A stretch of DNA of 44,793 nucleotides, taken from positions 1-44,793 of the forward strand of contig JAFGSX010000266.1 in NCBI GenBank assembly GCA_016934455.1. The letters run 5' to 3'. A program made the position numbers and the translations under genes. This DNA comes from Deltaproteobacteria bacterium. Its GTDB lineage: Bacteria; Myxococcota; JACRCW01; JAFGSX01. The notes beneath the pieces were generated by a model, which was given only the letters and a program-made list of their open reading frames with translations, searched no databases and was not told the DNA's origin. Below are positions 9,425 to 19,544 of the stretch, piece after piece (position 1 is the stretch's first letter; each line of letters starts with the position of its first letter).

Positions 9425-10612
9425 GTGTCGCATCGACTCGGCCTGGCGTCGACGCCGTTGACCGTGCTCACCACGAGCTATCCGCGCTGGGGCGAGGACT
9501 CCGCCGGCAGCGCGGTCGCCGCGTCGGTGCGCGCGCTGCGCGGCGGCGGTATCCCGGTCGAGGTGATCGCGCCCGAGGATCCCCGGAGATTGCAGCCCGG
9601 GATCGTCCCGTTGCGCTACGCGCCGCTGCGCCGGCTGCAGACGCTCTGCTACGGCGACGGTATCTTGCCCAACCTCAGGTCGCGGCCGGCGCGAGTGGTG
9701 CTGGTGCCCGGGCTGCTCGCCGCGCTGTGGGCCGCGGCCCGACGCCGGCGCGATCGTCCGATCATCGCCCACTGGCTGGTGCCGGGCGGTCTGGCTGCGG
9801 CGCTGGCCGGCGCCGGGCGCGTGGTCGCGGTCGCCCACGGCAGCGACGTGGCGCTGCTCGAGCGCATGCCCGGCGGGCGATCGCTGGCCCGCCTGCTGGC
9901 GGACCGCTGCCTCGCGATCTGCTGCGTCAGCGCCGACCTGGTGCGGCGCGTGGCGGCGCTGGTCGGTGCCGGCTACCGGCCGACCGTACTGCCGCCGGTC
10001 TGCGACTGCGGCGAGCCGATCGAGCGCGCGGCCGCCCGGCGTCAGCTCGATGTCTCGCCGCGACGACCGCTGGTTCTCTTCGTCGGCCGCCTGCTGGAGA
10101 CCAAGGGCGTTGACACCCTGATCGACGCGCTGGCGCCTCTGTCGCCGCGGCCGCTCGCCTGGGTGGCCGGGGAGGGGCCGCTGCGATCGCCGCTGGAGCG
10201 GCGCGCGCGGGCGCTGGGCGTCGAGGTGCGTTTCTTCGGCCAGGTGTCGCCGCGGCAGCGCGCGTCGCTGCTGGCCGCGGCCGACCTCGCGGTGGTGCCG
10301 TCGCGGCCGGACGCCCGCGGCCACGCCGAGGGGTTGCCGGCGGTGGTTCTCGAGGCTATGGCCGCCGGGCGGCCGGTCATCGCCTCGGCCGTGGGTGGCA
10401 TCCCCGAGGTCGTCGAAGACGGCGAGACCGGCTGGCTGGTCGCTCCCGGCGATGCCGCGGCGCTCGCTCGCGCGCTGCGCCGAGCCATCGGCGATCGCAC
10501 GCTGCGCGCGCGGATCGGGCGCAACGCGCGGCGCGCCGCGGCCCGCTGGACGCCGGCGCATCACGCGGCCGCGCTGAGCGCGCTGTTCGGGGCAGGAACG
10601 AGGTCACCGTGA
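9425..10612 (+). CDS. Glycosyltransferase family 4
   Basis: TTSYPRW, AHW, HGSDV, FVGRL..KG, EGLPAVVLEAMAAG (EX7E), GGIPEVV. Confidence 0.92.
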   Translation: MSHRLGLASTPLTVLTTSYPRWGEDSAGSAVAASVRALRGGGIPVEVIAPEDPRRLQPGIVPLRYAPLRRLQTLCYGDGILPNLRSRPARVVLVPGLLAALWAAARRRRDRPIIAHWLVPGGLAAALAGAGRVVAVAHGSDVALLERMPGGRSLARLLADRCLAICCVSADLVRRVAALVGAGYRPTVLPPVCDCGEPIERAAARRQLDVSPRRPLVLFVGRLLETKGVDTLIDALAPLSPRPLAWVAGEGPLRSPLERRARALGVEVRFFGQVSPRQRASLLAAADLAVVPSRPDARGHAEGLPAVVLEAMAAGRPVIASAVGGIPEVVEDGETGWLVAPGDAAALARALRRAIGDRTLRARIGRNARRAAARWTPAHHAAALSALFGAGTRSP

Positions 10613-11730
10613 ACACCGTGCTCGTCGTCAGCAAGCCGTTTGGACCTCCCTGGCGCGACAGCTCGAAGAACCTGGCGCGCGAGCTGGTGCGCGCCTGCCG
10701 CGAGGTGCGATTTCGCGCCCTGGCGCCGGTCGGGCAGCGCAGCGCCTGGCCGCAGCTTGCGCTCGAGGGCATCTATCCGGCCGCGGGCCGCCATCAGCCG
10801 GGCGCGACGCAGCAGCTCCGGGTGCTGGCGCGGCTCGCCGCACCGCTGCGGGCCGACCTGGTTCACTTTTTCGCCGCGCCCAATCCGCGCGCGGCGCTGG
10901 CGGCGCGGCTGGTCCTGGGTTGGCGCCGGCGGCGGGCGCCCACGGTGCAGACCCTGTGCAGCCTGCCCGATGAGGACGACGCCCTCGCGGCCGGCTGTTT
11001 TGCCGACGCGGTGGTGGTGCTGTCGCGCCACGCGCTGCGGCGCGTTTGCGACGCCGGGATTCACCAGGCGCGGCGCATCGCGCCGGCCGTGCGCCGGCCT
11101 CCGCCGCTGGACGAGTCGCGTCGGGCCGCGCTGCGGCGGGCGCTCGGCCTCGACGGACAGCCGCTGGTGCTGTGGTCGGGCGATCTGGAGCCGGGGGGCG
11201 GAGCGGCCGATTTTGTCTCGGCGGCGGCGCTCATCCGCGAGCAGCTTCCGGCGGCGCGCTTTGTCCTGGCCGCGCGCCAAAAATCCGCCGCCTCGATCGC
11301 GGCCACCGCCCGTCTGCGCTCTTGGGTCGAGCGGCACGGCCTGCTGCCGTCGATGCGCTGGGTCGGCGAATGCCGGGCCATGCGCGCGCTGCTCGCGGCC
11401 TGCGACGTCCAGGTGCTGACGCCGCGCTCGCTGGCGCGCAAGATGGATTACCCGCTGGTGCTGCTCGAGGGGCTGGCGCGCGGCCTGCCGCTGGTGATCG
11501 GAGATCGGCCGCCGCTGTGCGAGCTGCTCGAGGAGGGGCGCGCCGACGCCGGCCGTCTGGTGCCGGTCGACGATCCAGAGGCGATCGCGCACGCCGTGGT
11601 CGAGCTGGGCGCCGACGCCAGCCAGCTCGTCCGCGCGCGCGAGGCGGCCTGGAGCGCGGCCGCCGACTTCGAGCCGGCCGCGATGGCGCGCGCCTACGCC
11701 GACCTCTACCGCGAGCTGTGGCGCGCGTGA
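10609..11730 (+). CDS. Glycosyltransferase family 4
   Basis: GT-B C-terminal signature KMDYPLVLLEGLARGLP (DX7E variant), LVPVDDPEAIA; start overlaps upstream stop. Confidence 0.8.
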   Translation: MNTVLVVSKPFGPPWRDSSKNLARELVRACREVRFRALAPVGQRSAWPQLALEGIYPAAGRHQPGATQQLRVLARLAAPLRADLVHFFAAPNPRAALAARLVLGWRRRRAPTVQTLCSLPDEDDALAAGCFADAVVVLSRHALRRVCDAGIHQARRIAPAVRRPPPLDESRRAALRRALGLDGQPLVLWSGDLEPGGGAADFVSAAALIREQLPAARFVLAARQKSAASIAATARLRSWVERHGLLPSMRWVGECRAMRALLAACDVQVLTPRSLARKMDYPLVLLEGLARGLPLVIGDRPPLCELLEEGRADAGRLVPVDDPEAIAHAVVELGADASQLVRAREAAWSAAADFEPAAMARAYADLYRELWRA

Positions 11731-11842
11731 GCAGCCGGCTCCCGTCGAGAACCGGCGCGGCGCGTTCCGCGGCGCGCTTGCAGAGCCACTGCGCGTCGGT
11801 TAAAAGCACGGCCCTGGCCGCGATGAGCGCGGCGAGAAGAGC

Positions 11843-13762
11843 ATGCTGCGCCGTTCACCGGATACTGCGCTGCGATGGCTCGGGGCTCTCGGCCGCGCGC
11901 TGGCGCTGATCGGTCGCGGCTCGCGCCGCCTCGGCCCGCCGCTCGCCTGGCTGTGGCGCTCGCTGCAGCCGCGGCTCGATCGCTGGTACCTGGCGCTGGC
12001 CGGCGTGTTCCTGGTGATGGAGGTCTGCCAGCTCGCTGTCATCTACACCAAGAGCGAGTTCGATTTCGAGGACGGCATCGTCGCGCTCTTCTTCGCGCGC
12101 AAGATCCTGGTCGACCTTTCGATCTTCAGCGCCGGCAACTTCCTGCTGCTCAAGATCTGCCGCCACTGGCTGCCGGCCGCACTGTTCTCGCTGGTCCATC
12201 TGGCGTTCACCGCCATCGACACCGGCATCTACCTGTGGGGCAACACGCTGTTCGTGCACCACCACGTCGATTTTCTGACCTGGTACGCGCTGCGCGGCTT
12301 CATCGGCCTGCCGTTTCTGGCGATGACCGCGGCCGTGCTCGGCCTGGCCGCGGCGGCCGCCATCCTGCTGCAGCGGATGCGCCTTCTGGTGCGCTGGGGA
12401 TCGATCCTCAAGTGGGCCGCGCTGGCCGTCGCCGGCGTGTTGCTCAACCCCAACGACTACATCTACAAATTCGTCAACGAGTCCGAGCGGCTCGACTACT
12501 ACGTCTTCCGTTTTCGCAACACCCAGCTCGAGTACTCGACCCAGAACACCATGATCAACTTCGTCAACGAGGCCTTCATCAAGAAGGAGCAGCGGCTGGC
12601 GCGCGTCGTCGACAGCGACCAATCGCTGCGGCCCGTCATCGACCGCTATCGGTTGCCGATCGGGCCGCGGCGCTATCCGCCCCTCGACCTCAAACCGTTC
12701 AACAAGATCGTCTTCTTCACCACCGAGTCGCTCTCGCTCGATCTGATCGGCGCCTTCAATTCCAAGCTGCCGCTGGATCCCACGCCGTTTTTTCTCTCGA
12801 CGCCGGCGATCCGCGACCGCACCTTCTCCAACTTCAGGACCACGGCCCAACCCACGCTGCCCGGCCTGTCCGTGCTGTTCACCAGCCACCCCAATTTCGA
12901 GCTGCCGCGCGCTACCGGCTACCGCAATTCGTTTGTCAGGATGCTCCGCGACCGCGGCTACCACACCGTGTTCCTGCGCAGCGCCTCGCGCTACTATGCC
13001 GACGAGAACATCGTGCTCAAGAACTTCGGCTACGACGAGATCGTCGCCCGCGAGGATTTCTACGACCGGCCCGAGATGCGCAAGTACGTCTACGGCTGGG
13101 GGCTCGAGGACCGGCTGCTGTACCAGGAGCTGATCGCGATGCTCGAGCGCAGCGGCGATCGCAAGCTGTTTGTCACCGTGCTCGGCACCGACACCCACCC
13201 GCCGCACGGCCAGGAGCACTACCGCCACCTGCAGTACCCGCCGCTGCCTCCCGAGTTCAGGATGCGCTACGGGCCCGAGGTGGCGCGCTTTCTCAAGGCG
13301 GTCTACTACTTCGACTACGACCTCCGGAATATGGTCGAGACGATCGAGAGACGGGGTCTGCTCAGGGACGATACCCTGCTCATCATCAGCGCCGATCATT
13401 CGTGCCCGTTCAACCACATCGTGCAGGCCCTGCCCGGTTACCCGCGCACTTCGGTCGAGCGCGTGCCGCTGATCTTCCTGACCCCGCAGTCGCTGCCGCC
13501 GACCGATTTTGGACAGCGCAGCTCGCAGCTCGACTTCGCGCCGACGCTGTTTCACCTGCTGGGGCTGCCGATTCCGGCCGGCTGGTGGGGCGAGAGCCTG
13601 TTCTACCCGGGCCGCCGCGATCCGGTGATCGGCTTCGACGCCGGCATGTTCTTCTACGACCTCGACGGCAAGCGCACCGTCCACGATTTCAGCGACCCGG
13701 ACCGGGCCGAGCCCAGGGATCTGTTCGAGTTGTTCAACACCCTCGTCTCCGACGAGCAGTAG
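11843..13762 (+). CDS. LtaS/MdoB-like membrane sulfatase-fold phosphotransferase
   Basis: About 5 N-terminal TM helices, then alkaline-phosphatase-superfamily motifs TTESL, QPTLPG (candidate catalytic Thr), GWGLED, DTHPPH, SADH, SQLDFAPTL. Confidence 0.78.
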   Translation: MLRRSPDTALRWLGALGRALALIGRGSRRLGPPLAWLWRSLQPRLDRWYLALAGVFLVMEVCQLAVIYTKSEFDFEDGIVALFFARKILVDLSIFSAGNFLLLKICRHWLPAALFSLVHLAFTAIDTGIYLWGNTLFVHHHVDFLTWYALRGFIGLPFLAMTAAVLGLAAAAAILLQRMRLLVRWGSILKWAALAVAGVLLNPNDYIYKFVNESERLDYYVFRFRNTQLEYSTQNTMINFVNEAFIKKEQRLARVVDSDQSLRPVIDRYRLPIGPRRYPPLDLKPFNKIVFFTTESLSLDLIGAFNSKLPLDPTPFFLSTPAIRDRTFSNFRTTAQPTLPGLSVLFTSHPNFELPRATGYRNSFVRMLRDRGYHTVFLRSASRYYADENIVLKNFGYDEIVAREDFYDRPEMRKYVYGWGLEDRLLYQELIAMLERSGDRKLFVTVLGTDTHPPHGQEHYRHLQYPPLPPEFRMRYGPEVARFLKAVYYFDYDLRNMVETIERRGLLRDDTLLIISADHSCPFNHIVQALPGYPRTSVERVPLIFLTPQSLPPTDFGQRSSQLDFAPTLFHLLGLPIPAGWWGESLFYPGRRDPVIGFDAGMFFYDLDGKRTVHDFSDPDRAEPRDLFELFNTLVSDEQ

Positions 13763-13769
13763 CGCCATA

Positions 13770-14489
13770 ATGCGGGCCATGGATCCGACCGCCTACTACG
13801 ACGCCTTTAGCCGCAGCTACGACCGTCGCCGCCGCGTCGGCTACCATGCGCTGGTCGACGACCTCGAGGCAGAGCTGGTCGCGCGCTTCGCGCCGCGCGG
13901 CCTGGTGCTCGACGCTGGCTGCGGCACTGGCCAGATCCTCGAGCGGCTCGGCCGAGCCGGGATCCGCGCCTGCGGCGTCGATCTGTCGAGCGGCATGCTG
14001 CGCCAGGCGCGATCGCGGGCGCCGCTGCTGGTGCGCGGCGATCTGGTCGCGCTGCCGTTCGGCGACGGCCGCTTCGACGCGGTCTGCTGCTTCAAGGTGC
14101 TGGCGCACGTGCCCGAGGTCGGCCGCGCCCTGGCCGAGCTGGGTCGGTTGGTGCGGCCAGGCGGTTTTTTGATCGCCGAGTTCTACAACCCGCACAGCGT
14201 TCGCGGCGCGCTGTGGCGGCTCAAGCGTCCCGGTCGCATCGCCGCCGGCGTCGACGAGCGCGATATCCACCTGCGCTTCGATGCGCCGGCCGCGGCGCGG
14301 CAGTTGCTGCCGCCCGGCTTCGAGCCGGTGACCGCGCGCGGCATCCGGCTGTTGACGCCGTTTGCGCAGGCACTGCGGCTGCCGCTGGTCGGCCCGCTGC
14401 TCGCACGCGCCGAGCGCGTTTTGGCCGACGGCACGCTGGCTGGCCTGGGCAGCTTCTACTGCCTGGTGGCGCAACGCGAGATCCGATGA
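13770..14489 (+). CDS. Class I SAM-dependent methyltransferase
   Basis: VLDAGCGTG, GVDLS, LPF..GRFD, LVRPGG (alternative start 13779). Confidence 0.9.
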   Translation: MRAMDPTAYYDAFSRSYDRRRRVGYHALVDDLEAELVARFAPRGLVLDAGCGTGQILERLGRAGIRACGVDLSSGMLRQARSRAPLLVRGDLVALPFGDGRFDAVCCFKVLAHVPEVGRALAELGRLVRPGGFLIAEFYNPHSVRGALWRLKRPGRIAAGVDERDIHLRFDAPAAARQLLPPGFEPVTARGIRLLTPFAQALRLPLVGPLLARAERVLADGTLAGLGSFYCLVAQREIR

Positions 14490-16276
14490 CCGATCCCGGC
14501 CAACTCGAGGCGCCCTTTGCCGCCGATCTCGATCGCCGCGGCCGCTGGCTGCGCCGGCTGGCGGTCGCGCTGCTGGCCGGGGCGCTCAGCGTCGGCTACA
14601 GTTGGACCTTCTTCGGCCGGATCGACAGCACCAGCGGAACGCGCGACTGGGTCTTCTACCAGTCCTCGGCCGAGGTGGTGCGCCGCAGCGTGCTCGAGCA
14701 TCGCCAGTTGCCGCAGTGGGATCCCTGGCGCTGCGGCGGCGCTCCGCTGCTAGCCCACCCGGCGCTCGACGTGGGATCGCCGTGGGGGTTGCTGCAGATC
14801 GGTCTCGGCCCGTCGCTGGCGCTTCGCCTGAGCGTCCTGTTGCACCTCTTCGTCGCGCTGGTCGGGGCCTGGTGGTGGGCGCGGCGCCGCGGGCTGAGCG
14901 CGGTCGGGGCGGCCGGCACCGCGATCGCGTTCGGGTTGTCGGGCTGGTTTGCGGCTACCGTCTCCTGGGGCTTCGCCGCGGCGCTGCCGGCGGCCTACCT
15001 GCCGTTGCTGGTGATCGCCTACGAGCGGTCGCGCCAGCGGCTCGGCGCGGCGCTGGCGGGCGGCGCGGTGCTGGCGCTGATGGTCGTCGAGGGCGGCCTG
15101 GCCATGGCCCAGCTCGGCCTGCTGCTGGTGCTGTGCCTGGCCATCGTCGACGGCTGCGCGGGCTGGCGCCCGGCGCTGCGCTCCCTGGCGAGCCTGGCGC
15201 TGCACGCTGCGGCCGGCGTCGGGCTGGCCGCCTACAAACTGGTGCCGGCCTATCTGCTCGTGCGCGAATGGCCGCTGCCGCCGCCCAAGAGCGACATGCT
15301 GGTGCTCAGCCAAGTGGTCGACATGTTGCTGGGCCGCACCTCCGGCCACTGGGTCGCGGGTTACACCAACGAGCGCTTCCAGTATTTCGCCTACATCGGT
15401 CCGCTGGTGATGGCGGCTGCGCTGTGGGGCCTGTGGCAGGCGCGGCGGCCGCCCTGGGACAAGCTCTACGCGGCGGTCGGGCTGCTGATGCTGGTGGTGC
15501 TCGGCCAGCAGGGCACCTGGATGCCTTATCACTGGCTGGCCAAGGTCGAGGTGCTGCGCTGGGCGACCCTGTATCCGTCGCGCCTGGTCATCGCGGTCGG
15601 TCTGTTGCTGGCGCTGGTGTTCGGGCTGGTGCTCGACCGGCTGCAGTCGCGGCTGCGGCAGCGCTGGCCGCGCTGGCCGTGGCGCGCGCTGGCCGGGCTG
15701 GTGGTCGCGGCGCTGGCCGTCGATCTCGGCCTGGTCGCCCACGGGCACTGGCGCAGCCAGCCCTTTGCCGCCGATCCGATCGCGCGCCAGGCCAATCCGT
15801 TTCATCTGGTGGACGGCGATCGCGGTGCCGGCTACCGCAACCTGCGGGCCAACCAGGGTACGCTGCGCTGTTTTGACCCGTTGCCGATCGCGCCGGCCAG
15901 GGGGCTGCGAACCGGTGTCCAGCCGCAGGTCTGGCTGGCCGAGCCCGAAGCGGGCAGCGTCGAGCTGGAGCAGTTTTCTCCCAACCGCTGGCAGATTCGG
16001 GTGGCACTCGAGCGCGCCGGGGTGATCCTGGTCAACCAGAATTTTGACCGCGGCTGGCACGCGCTCGGCGAGCGCAGCGCCGGCGCGTTCGATCACGAGG
16101 GTCAGCTCGCGATCGAGGCCAGCGCGGGTGAAGGCGTCATCGCGCTCGAGTACCGGACGCCGGGCCTGGTCGAGGGCGCGCTGGCCTTTGCGATCGCCCT
16201 GCTGGCCGTGCTCGGCGCGGCGCTGGCGACCGCCCGCCGGGAAACGCCTGCCGCGAGCACGGTGGTCCCTCCATGA
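14486..16276 (+). CDS. YfhO-like / GT-C membrane protein
   Basis: ATG 14486 overlaps upstream stop (ATGA); LPQWDPWRCGGAPLLA, multiple TMs, YPSR, C-terminal NQNFDRGW...LEYR plus TM as in YfhO-like proteins. Confidence 0.7.
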   Translation: MTDPGQLEAPFAADLDRRGRWLRRLAVALLAGALSVGYSWTFFGRIDSTSGTRDWVFYQSSAEVVRRSVLEHRQLPQWDPWRCGGAPLLAHPALDVGSPWGLLQIGLGPSLALRLSVLLHLFVALVGAWWWARRRGLSAVGAAGTAIAFGLSGWFAATVSWGFAAALPAAYLPLLVIAYERSRQRLGAALAGGAVLALMVVEGGLAMAQLGLLLVLCLAIVDGCAGWRPALRSLASLALHAAAGVGLAAYKLVPAYLLVREWPLPPPKSDMLVLSQVVDMLLGRTSGHWVAGYTNERFQYFAYIGPLVMAAALWGLWQARRPPWDKLYAAVGLLMLVVLGQQGTWMPYHWLAKVEVLRWATLYPSRLVIAVGLLLALVFGLVLDRLQSRLRQRWPRWPWRALAGLVVAALAVDLGLVAHGHWRSQPFAADPIARQANPFHLVDGDRGAGYRNLRANQGTLRCFDPLPIAPARGLRTGVQPQVWLAEPEAGSVELEQFSPNRWQIRVALERAGVILVNQNFDRGWHALGERSAGAFDHEGQLAIEASAGEGVIALEYRTPGLVEGALAFAIALLAVLGAALATARRETPAASTVVPP

Positions 16277-17631
16277 CGACGTGGTCCGACCATCTGCTGG
16301 TGAGGTTTTTTCGCACCGGCGCCGATCGCGAGCGCCTCGGCGACGCGACCGCGATCGCGAGCCGCTACCGCAAGCTCCAGTGGCTGACCTTTGTCGGAGT
16401 CACCGTCGGCTACGGCTTCTTCTACACCACCCGGCTCAGCCTCGCCGTCGCCAAGAAGTCGATGATCGACGCCGGCGTGACCAGCGCCGACCAGCTCGGG
16501 GTGATCGGCTCGGCCCTGCTGTTCGCCTACGCCATCGGCAAGTTTGGCAATGGCTTTCTCGCGGATCGCGCGCACGTCGGCCGCCTGATGTCGGCCGGGT
16601 TGATCGCGTCGGCGCTGGTCAACCTGGCGTTCGGTTACAGCAGCGCGTTCGGAGTGCTGGTGCTGCTGTGGGCGCTCAACGGCTGGTTCCAGTCGCTGGG
16701 AGCCACCCCCAGCGTCGTCAACCTGACCCACTGGTTCAGCCAACGCGAGCGCGGTACCCGCTACTCGATCTGGAGCATCGCGCACAGCCTGGGCGAAGGC
16801 ATGACCTACTTCGCCACCGCGGCGCTGGTGAGCGCCTGCGGCTGGCGCTTTGGCTTCTGGGGGCCGGGGGTGGTCTGCGTCTGCGTCGGCGTAGTCATCG
16901 CCAAGGTGGTTCTCGACCGGCCGTCGGTCTATGGGCTGCCTCCGATCGCCGAGTTCGCGGGCGATCTGAGCGCCACCGCGGCCGGGCCCAAGCCGGAGAT
17001 CGGGGAGCAGCAACTGCAGGTCGTCAAGAACCCCATCGTCTGGTTGCTCGGCCTGGCCAGCGCCACCTTCTACGTCACCCGCTACGGCGTCAATAGCTGG
17101 CTCGTGCTCTACCTGCAGGAGGCCAAGGCCTACGATCTGGTGGCGGCGGGGCTGGGCATGACGGTTTTGGCGATCAGCGGGCTGATCGGCACCGTGCTCG
17201 CCGGCACCATTTCAGACGCGCTGTTCGGAGCGCGGCGCGGCCCGGTGCTGTACTCCTACGGCGCGCTGCTGATCGCGTCGCTGGTGGCGCTTTACCTGGT
17301 GCCGCCGGGCCACGTCTGGCTCGACCGGGCGGCGCTCGCGGCCTGCGGCTTCGCCATCGGCGGTATGCTGGTGTTCATGGGGGGGCTGCTGGTCGTCGAC
17401 ATCTGCCCCAAGCGCGCCACCGGGGCCGCGATGGGAATGATCGGCCTGTTCGCCTACGTGGGAGCTGCGGTGCAGGACGTGGTCAGCGGGATCCTGATCG
17501 AGCGCGGCCGATTCGTCGTCGACGGCGCGGTGAGCCATCACTTTGGCCCGGTCTTCTGTTTCTGGATCTCGGCCGCGGTGGTGTCGCTGGCGCTGGCCGC
17601 GGTGGTCTGGTTCGTCAAGCCGGTGGAGTGA
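16273..17631 (+). CDS. MFS transporter, organophosphate:Pi antiporter family (GlpT/UhpC/PgtP-like)
   Basis: GYGFFYTTR, YAIGKFGNGFLADR, NGWFQSLG, HWFSQRERG, WSIAHSLG, YVTRYG; 12 TM. Confidence 0.88.
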   Translation: MTTWSDHLLVRFFRTGADRERLGDATAIASRYRKLQWLTFVGVTVGYGFFYTTRLSLAVAKKSMIDAGVTSADQLGVIGSALLFAYAIGKFGNGFLADRAHVGRLMSAGLIASALVNLAFGYSSAFGVLVLLWALNGWFQSLGATPSVVNLTHWFSQRERGTRYSIWSIAHSLGEGMTYFATAALVSACGWRFGFWGPGVVCVCVGVVIAKVVLDRPSVYGLPPIAEFAGDLSATAAGPKPEIGEQQLQVVKNPIVWLLGLASATFYVTRYGVNSWLVLYLQEAKAYDLVAAGLGMTVLAISGLIGTVLAGTISDALFGARRGPVLYSYGALLIASLVALYLVPPGHVWLDRAALAACGFAIGGMLVFMGGLLVVDICPKRATGAAMGMIGLFAYVGAAVQDVVSGILIERGRFVVDGAVSHHFGPVFCFWISAAVVSLALAAVVWFVKPVE

Positions 17632-17634
17632 GCG

Positions 17635-18801
17635 ATGCGCGAACCGATGACACGCAAGCTGGCGCCCTTTGGCGTCTCGGTCTTCACCGAGTTCACCCGG
17701 CTGGCGCTGGAGCACCAGGCCATCAACCTGGCGCAGGGATTCCCGGACTTCGACGGGCCGGACGCGATCAAGGAGTTCGCCTGCGAGCGGATCCGGCGCG
17801 GCCACAACCAGTACGCGCCGAGCCACGGCGTGGCCGCGCTGCGCCGCGCCATCGCCGCCAAGGTGCAGCGCTGCTACGGCCTCGAGGTCGACGCCGAGGA
17901 CGAGGTCACCGTCTACGCCGGTGCGACCGAGGCGATCTTCTCGTCGCTGGCCGGCCTGATCGAGCCGGGCGACGAGGTAATCCTGTTCGAGCCGGCCTAC
18001 GATTCGTACGCGCCCTCGACGGTGATGGCCGGCGGCACGCCGCGCTACGTCACCCTGCGCTTTCCGGATTTTGCCGTCGACGAGGACGAGCTGCGCGCCG
18101 CCTTCTCGCCGCGCACCAAGGCGATCGTCCTCAACACGCCGATGAACCCGTGCGGCAAGGTGTTCAGCCGAGCCGAGCTGTCGCTGATCGCCGAGCTGTG
18201 CCAGCAGTTCGATTGTTTCGCCGTCACCGACGAGGTCTACGAGCACCTGACCTTCGACGGCGCGTCGCACCTGCCGCTGATCGCGCTGCCCGGCATGCGC
18301 CAGCGGACGGTGATGATCTCGTCGACGGCCAAGACCTTCAGCATGACCGGCTGGAAGGTGGGTTACAGCGTGGCCGGCCCGCGGTTGACGGCGGCGTCGC
18401 GCTCGAGCCACCAGTTCGTCACCTTCTGCACGCCGCCGCCGCTGCAGGAGGCGATGGCGTTCGCCATGGGGCTCGGCGACGAGTACTTCTCCGGGCTGCG
18501 GCAGAGTTACGCCGAGCGGCGAGCGCTGCTGCTCGAGCGGCTGGCGGCGATCGGCTTCGACGTGCGGCCACCGGCCGGGACCTACTATGTCGCGGCCGGG
18601 ATCGGGCCGCTCGGCTTTGACGACGATTATGCTTTTTGCCGCGGCCTGCCGGCCCTGGCCGGGGTCTCCATGATCCCGTTCTCGGCCTTTTACCGGGATC
18701 GCCACGCCGGTCGCGACGTGGTGCGGGTTGCCTTCTGCAAGAGCGGCCCGCTGCTGGAGGAAGCCTGCGTTCGGCTGGGGCGGCTGCCCCGGCGATCGTG
18801 A
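17635..18801 (+). CDS. PLP-dependent aminotransferase class I/II (YbdL-like)
   Basis: AINLAQGFPD, NQYAP, NTPMNPCG, DEVYE, SSTAKTFSMTGWKVG (PLP Lys), VRVAFCK. Confidence 0.92.
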   Translation: MREPMTRKLAPFGVSVFTEFTRLALEHQAINLAQGFPDFDGPDAIKEFACERIRRGHNQYAPSHGVAALRRAIAAKVQRCYGLEVDAEDEVTVYAGATEAIFSSLAGLIEPGDEVILFEPAYDSYAPSTVMAGGTPRYVTLRFPDFAVDEDELRAAFSPRTKAIVLNTPMNPCGKVFSRAELSLIAELCQQFDCFAVTDEVYEHLTFDGASHLPLIALPGMRQRTVMISSTAKTFSMTGWKVGYSVAGPRLTAASRSSHQFVTFCTPPPLQEAMAFAMGLGDEYFSGLRQSYAERRALLLERLAAIGFDVRPPAGTYYVAAGIGPLGFDDDYAFCRGLPALAGVSMIPFSAFYRDRHAGRDVVRVAFCKSGPLLEEACVRLGRLPRRS

Positions 18802-18912
18802 GCCGTCCGCGGCTTCACATCGCGCTCGCCTCGCGGGACGAAGTATGGCAAACACAAGGCAGGGGGCGGTGGCTGCGTTGGGGGTGGCCCCACAGGTCAG
18901 TGGGAACGAGCG

Positions 18913-19455
18913 ATGAAGCTGCGGATCCATCCGATCGTGCTCAAGGTCGCGCTCCTGCTGCTGCTGATGATCGGCTCGGCGTTCTTCTTCGAGCTAAACT
19001 ACTGGATCGAGCTGGCGCTGGCCAACGTCGCGTTTCTGTTGCTGTTGCTCGGCATCGAGGAGATCCGCGGCTTCCTGCGCGACCGCAAGAACGTGAGCCA
19101 ACTGCTGACGCCGCTGGCCGGCATCGTGCTGCTGGCGCTGGCCGTCGCGGGCAGCGTGCGCTCGTCGGCCTCGATCGCCACCAGGGAGTACGACTTTGTG
19201 CCGCTGCTGATGGCGCTGGACGACTTCAAGGCGCGGCACGATCACTGCCCGGACCGGCTGCTGCTGCTCGGCGCGCTCGAGCCCAAGGACGAGGTGCTCT
19301 ACGACACAGTCAACTTCACGGTGCGTCGGCGAGGCGACGGCACCAAGTACACCTACCGCTGCTCTGAAAACGGCTACCAGCTCTGGTTCGAGCACCACAT
19401 GTTCATCAAGCACCAGTACGAGTCGCAGCTCGGCCGCTGGGTCGACTGGAAATGA
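18913..19455 (+). CDS. Hypothetical membrane protein (3 TM plus small soluble domain)
   Basis: Host-like codon usage, three hydrophobic segments, C-terminal LMALDDFKARHDHCPDRLLLL domain. Confidence 0.7.
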   Translation: MKLRIHPIVLKVALLLLLMIGSAFFFELNYWIELALANVAFLLLLLGIEEIRGFLRDRKNVSQLLTPLAGIVLLALAVAGSVRSSASIATREYDFVPLLMALDDFKARHDHCPDRLLLLGALEPKDEVLYDTVNFTVRRRGDGTKYTYRCSENGYQLWFEHHMFIKHQYESQLGRWVDWK

Positions 19456-19544
19456 GCCCCGGCGATCGGCCAGCGCCAATTGTGACCGCTCCATTGTATG
19501 AATGATCGCTAGGCCAGCTCGCCCTGCCGGCCAAGAGGTCGTCC

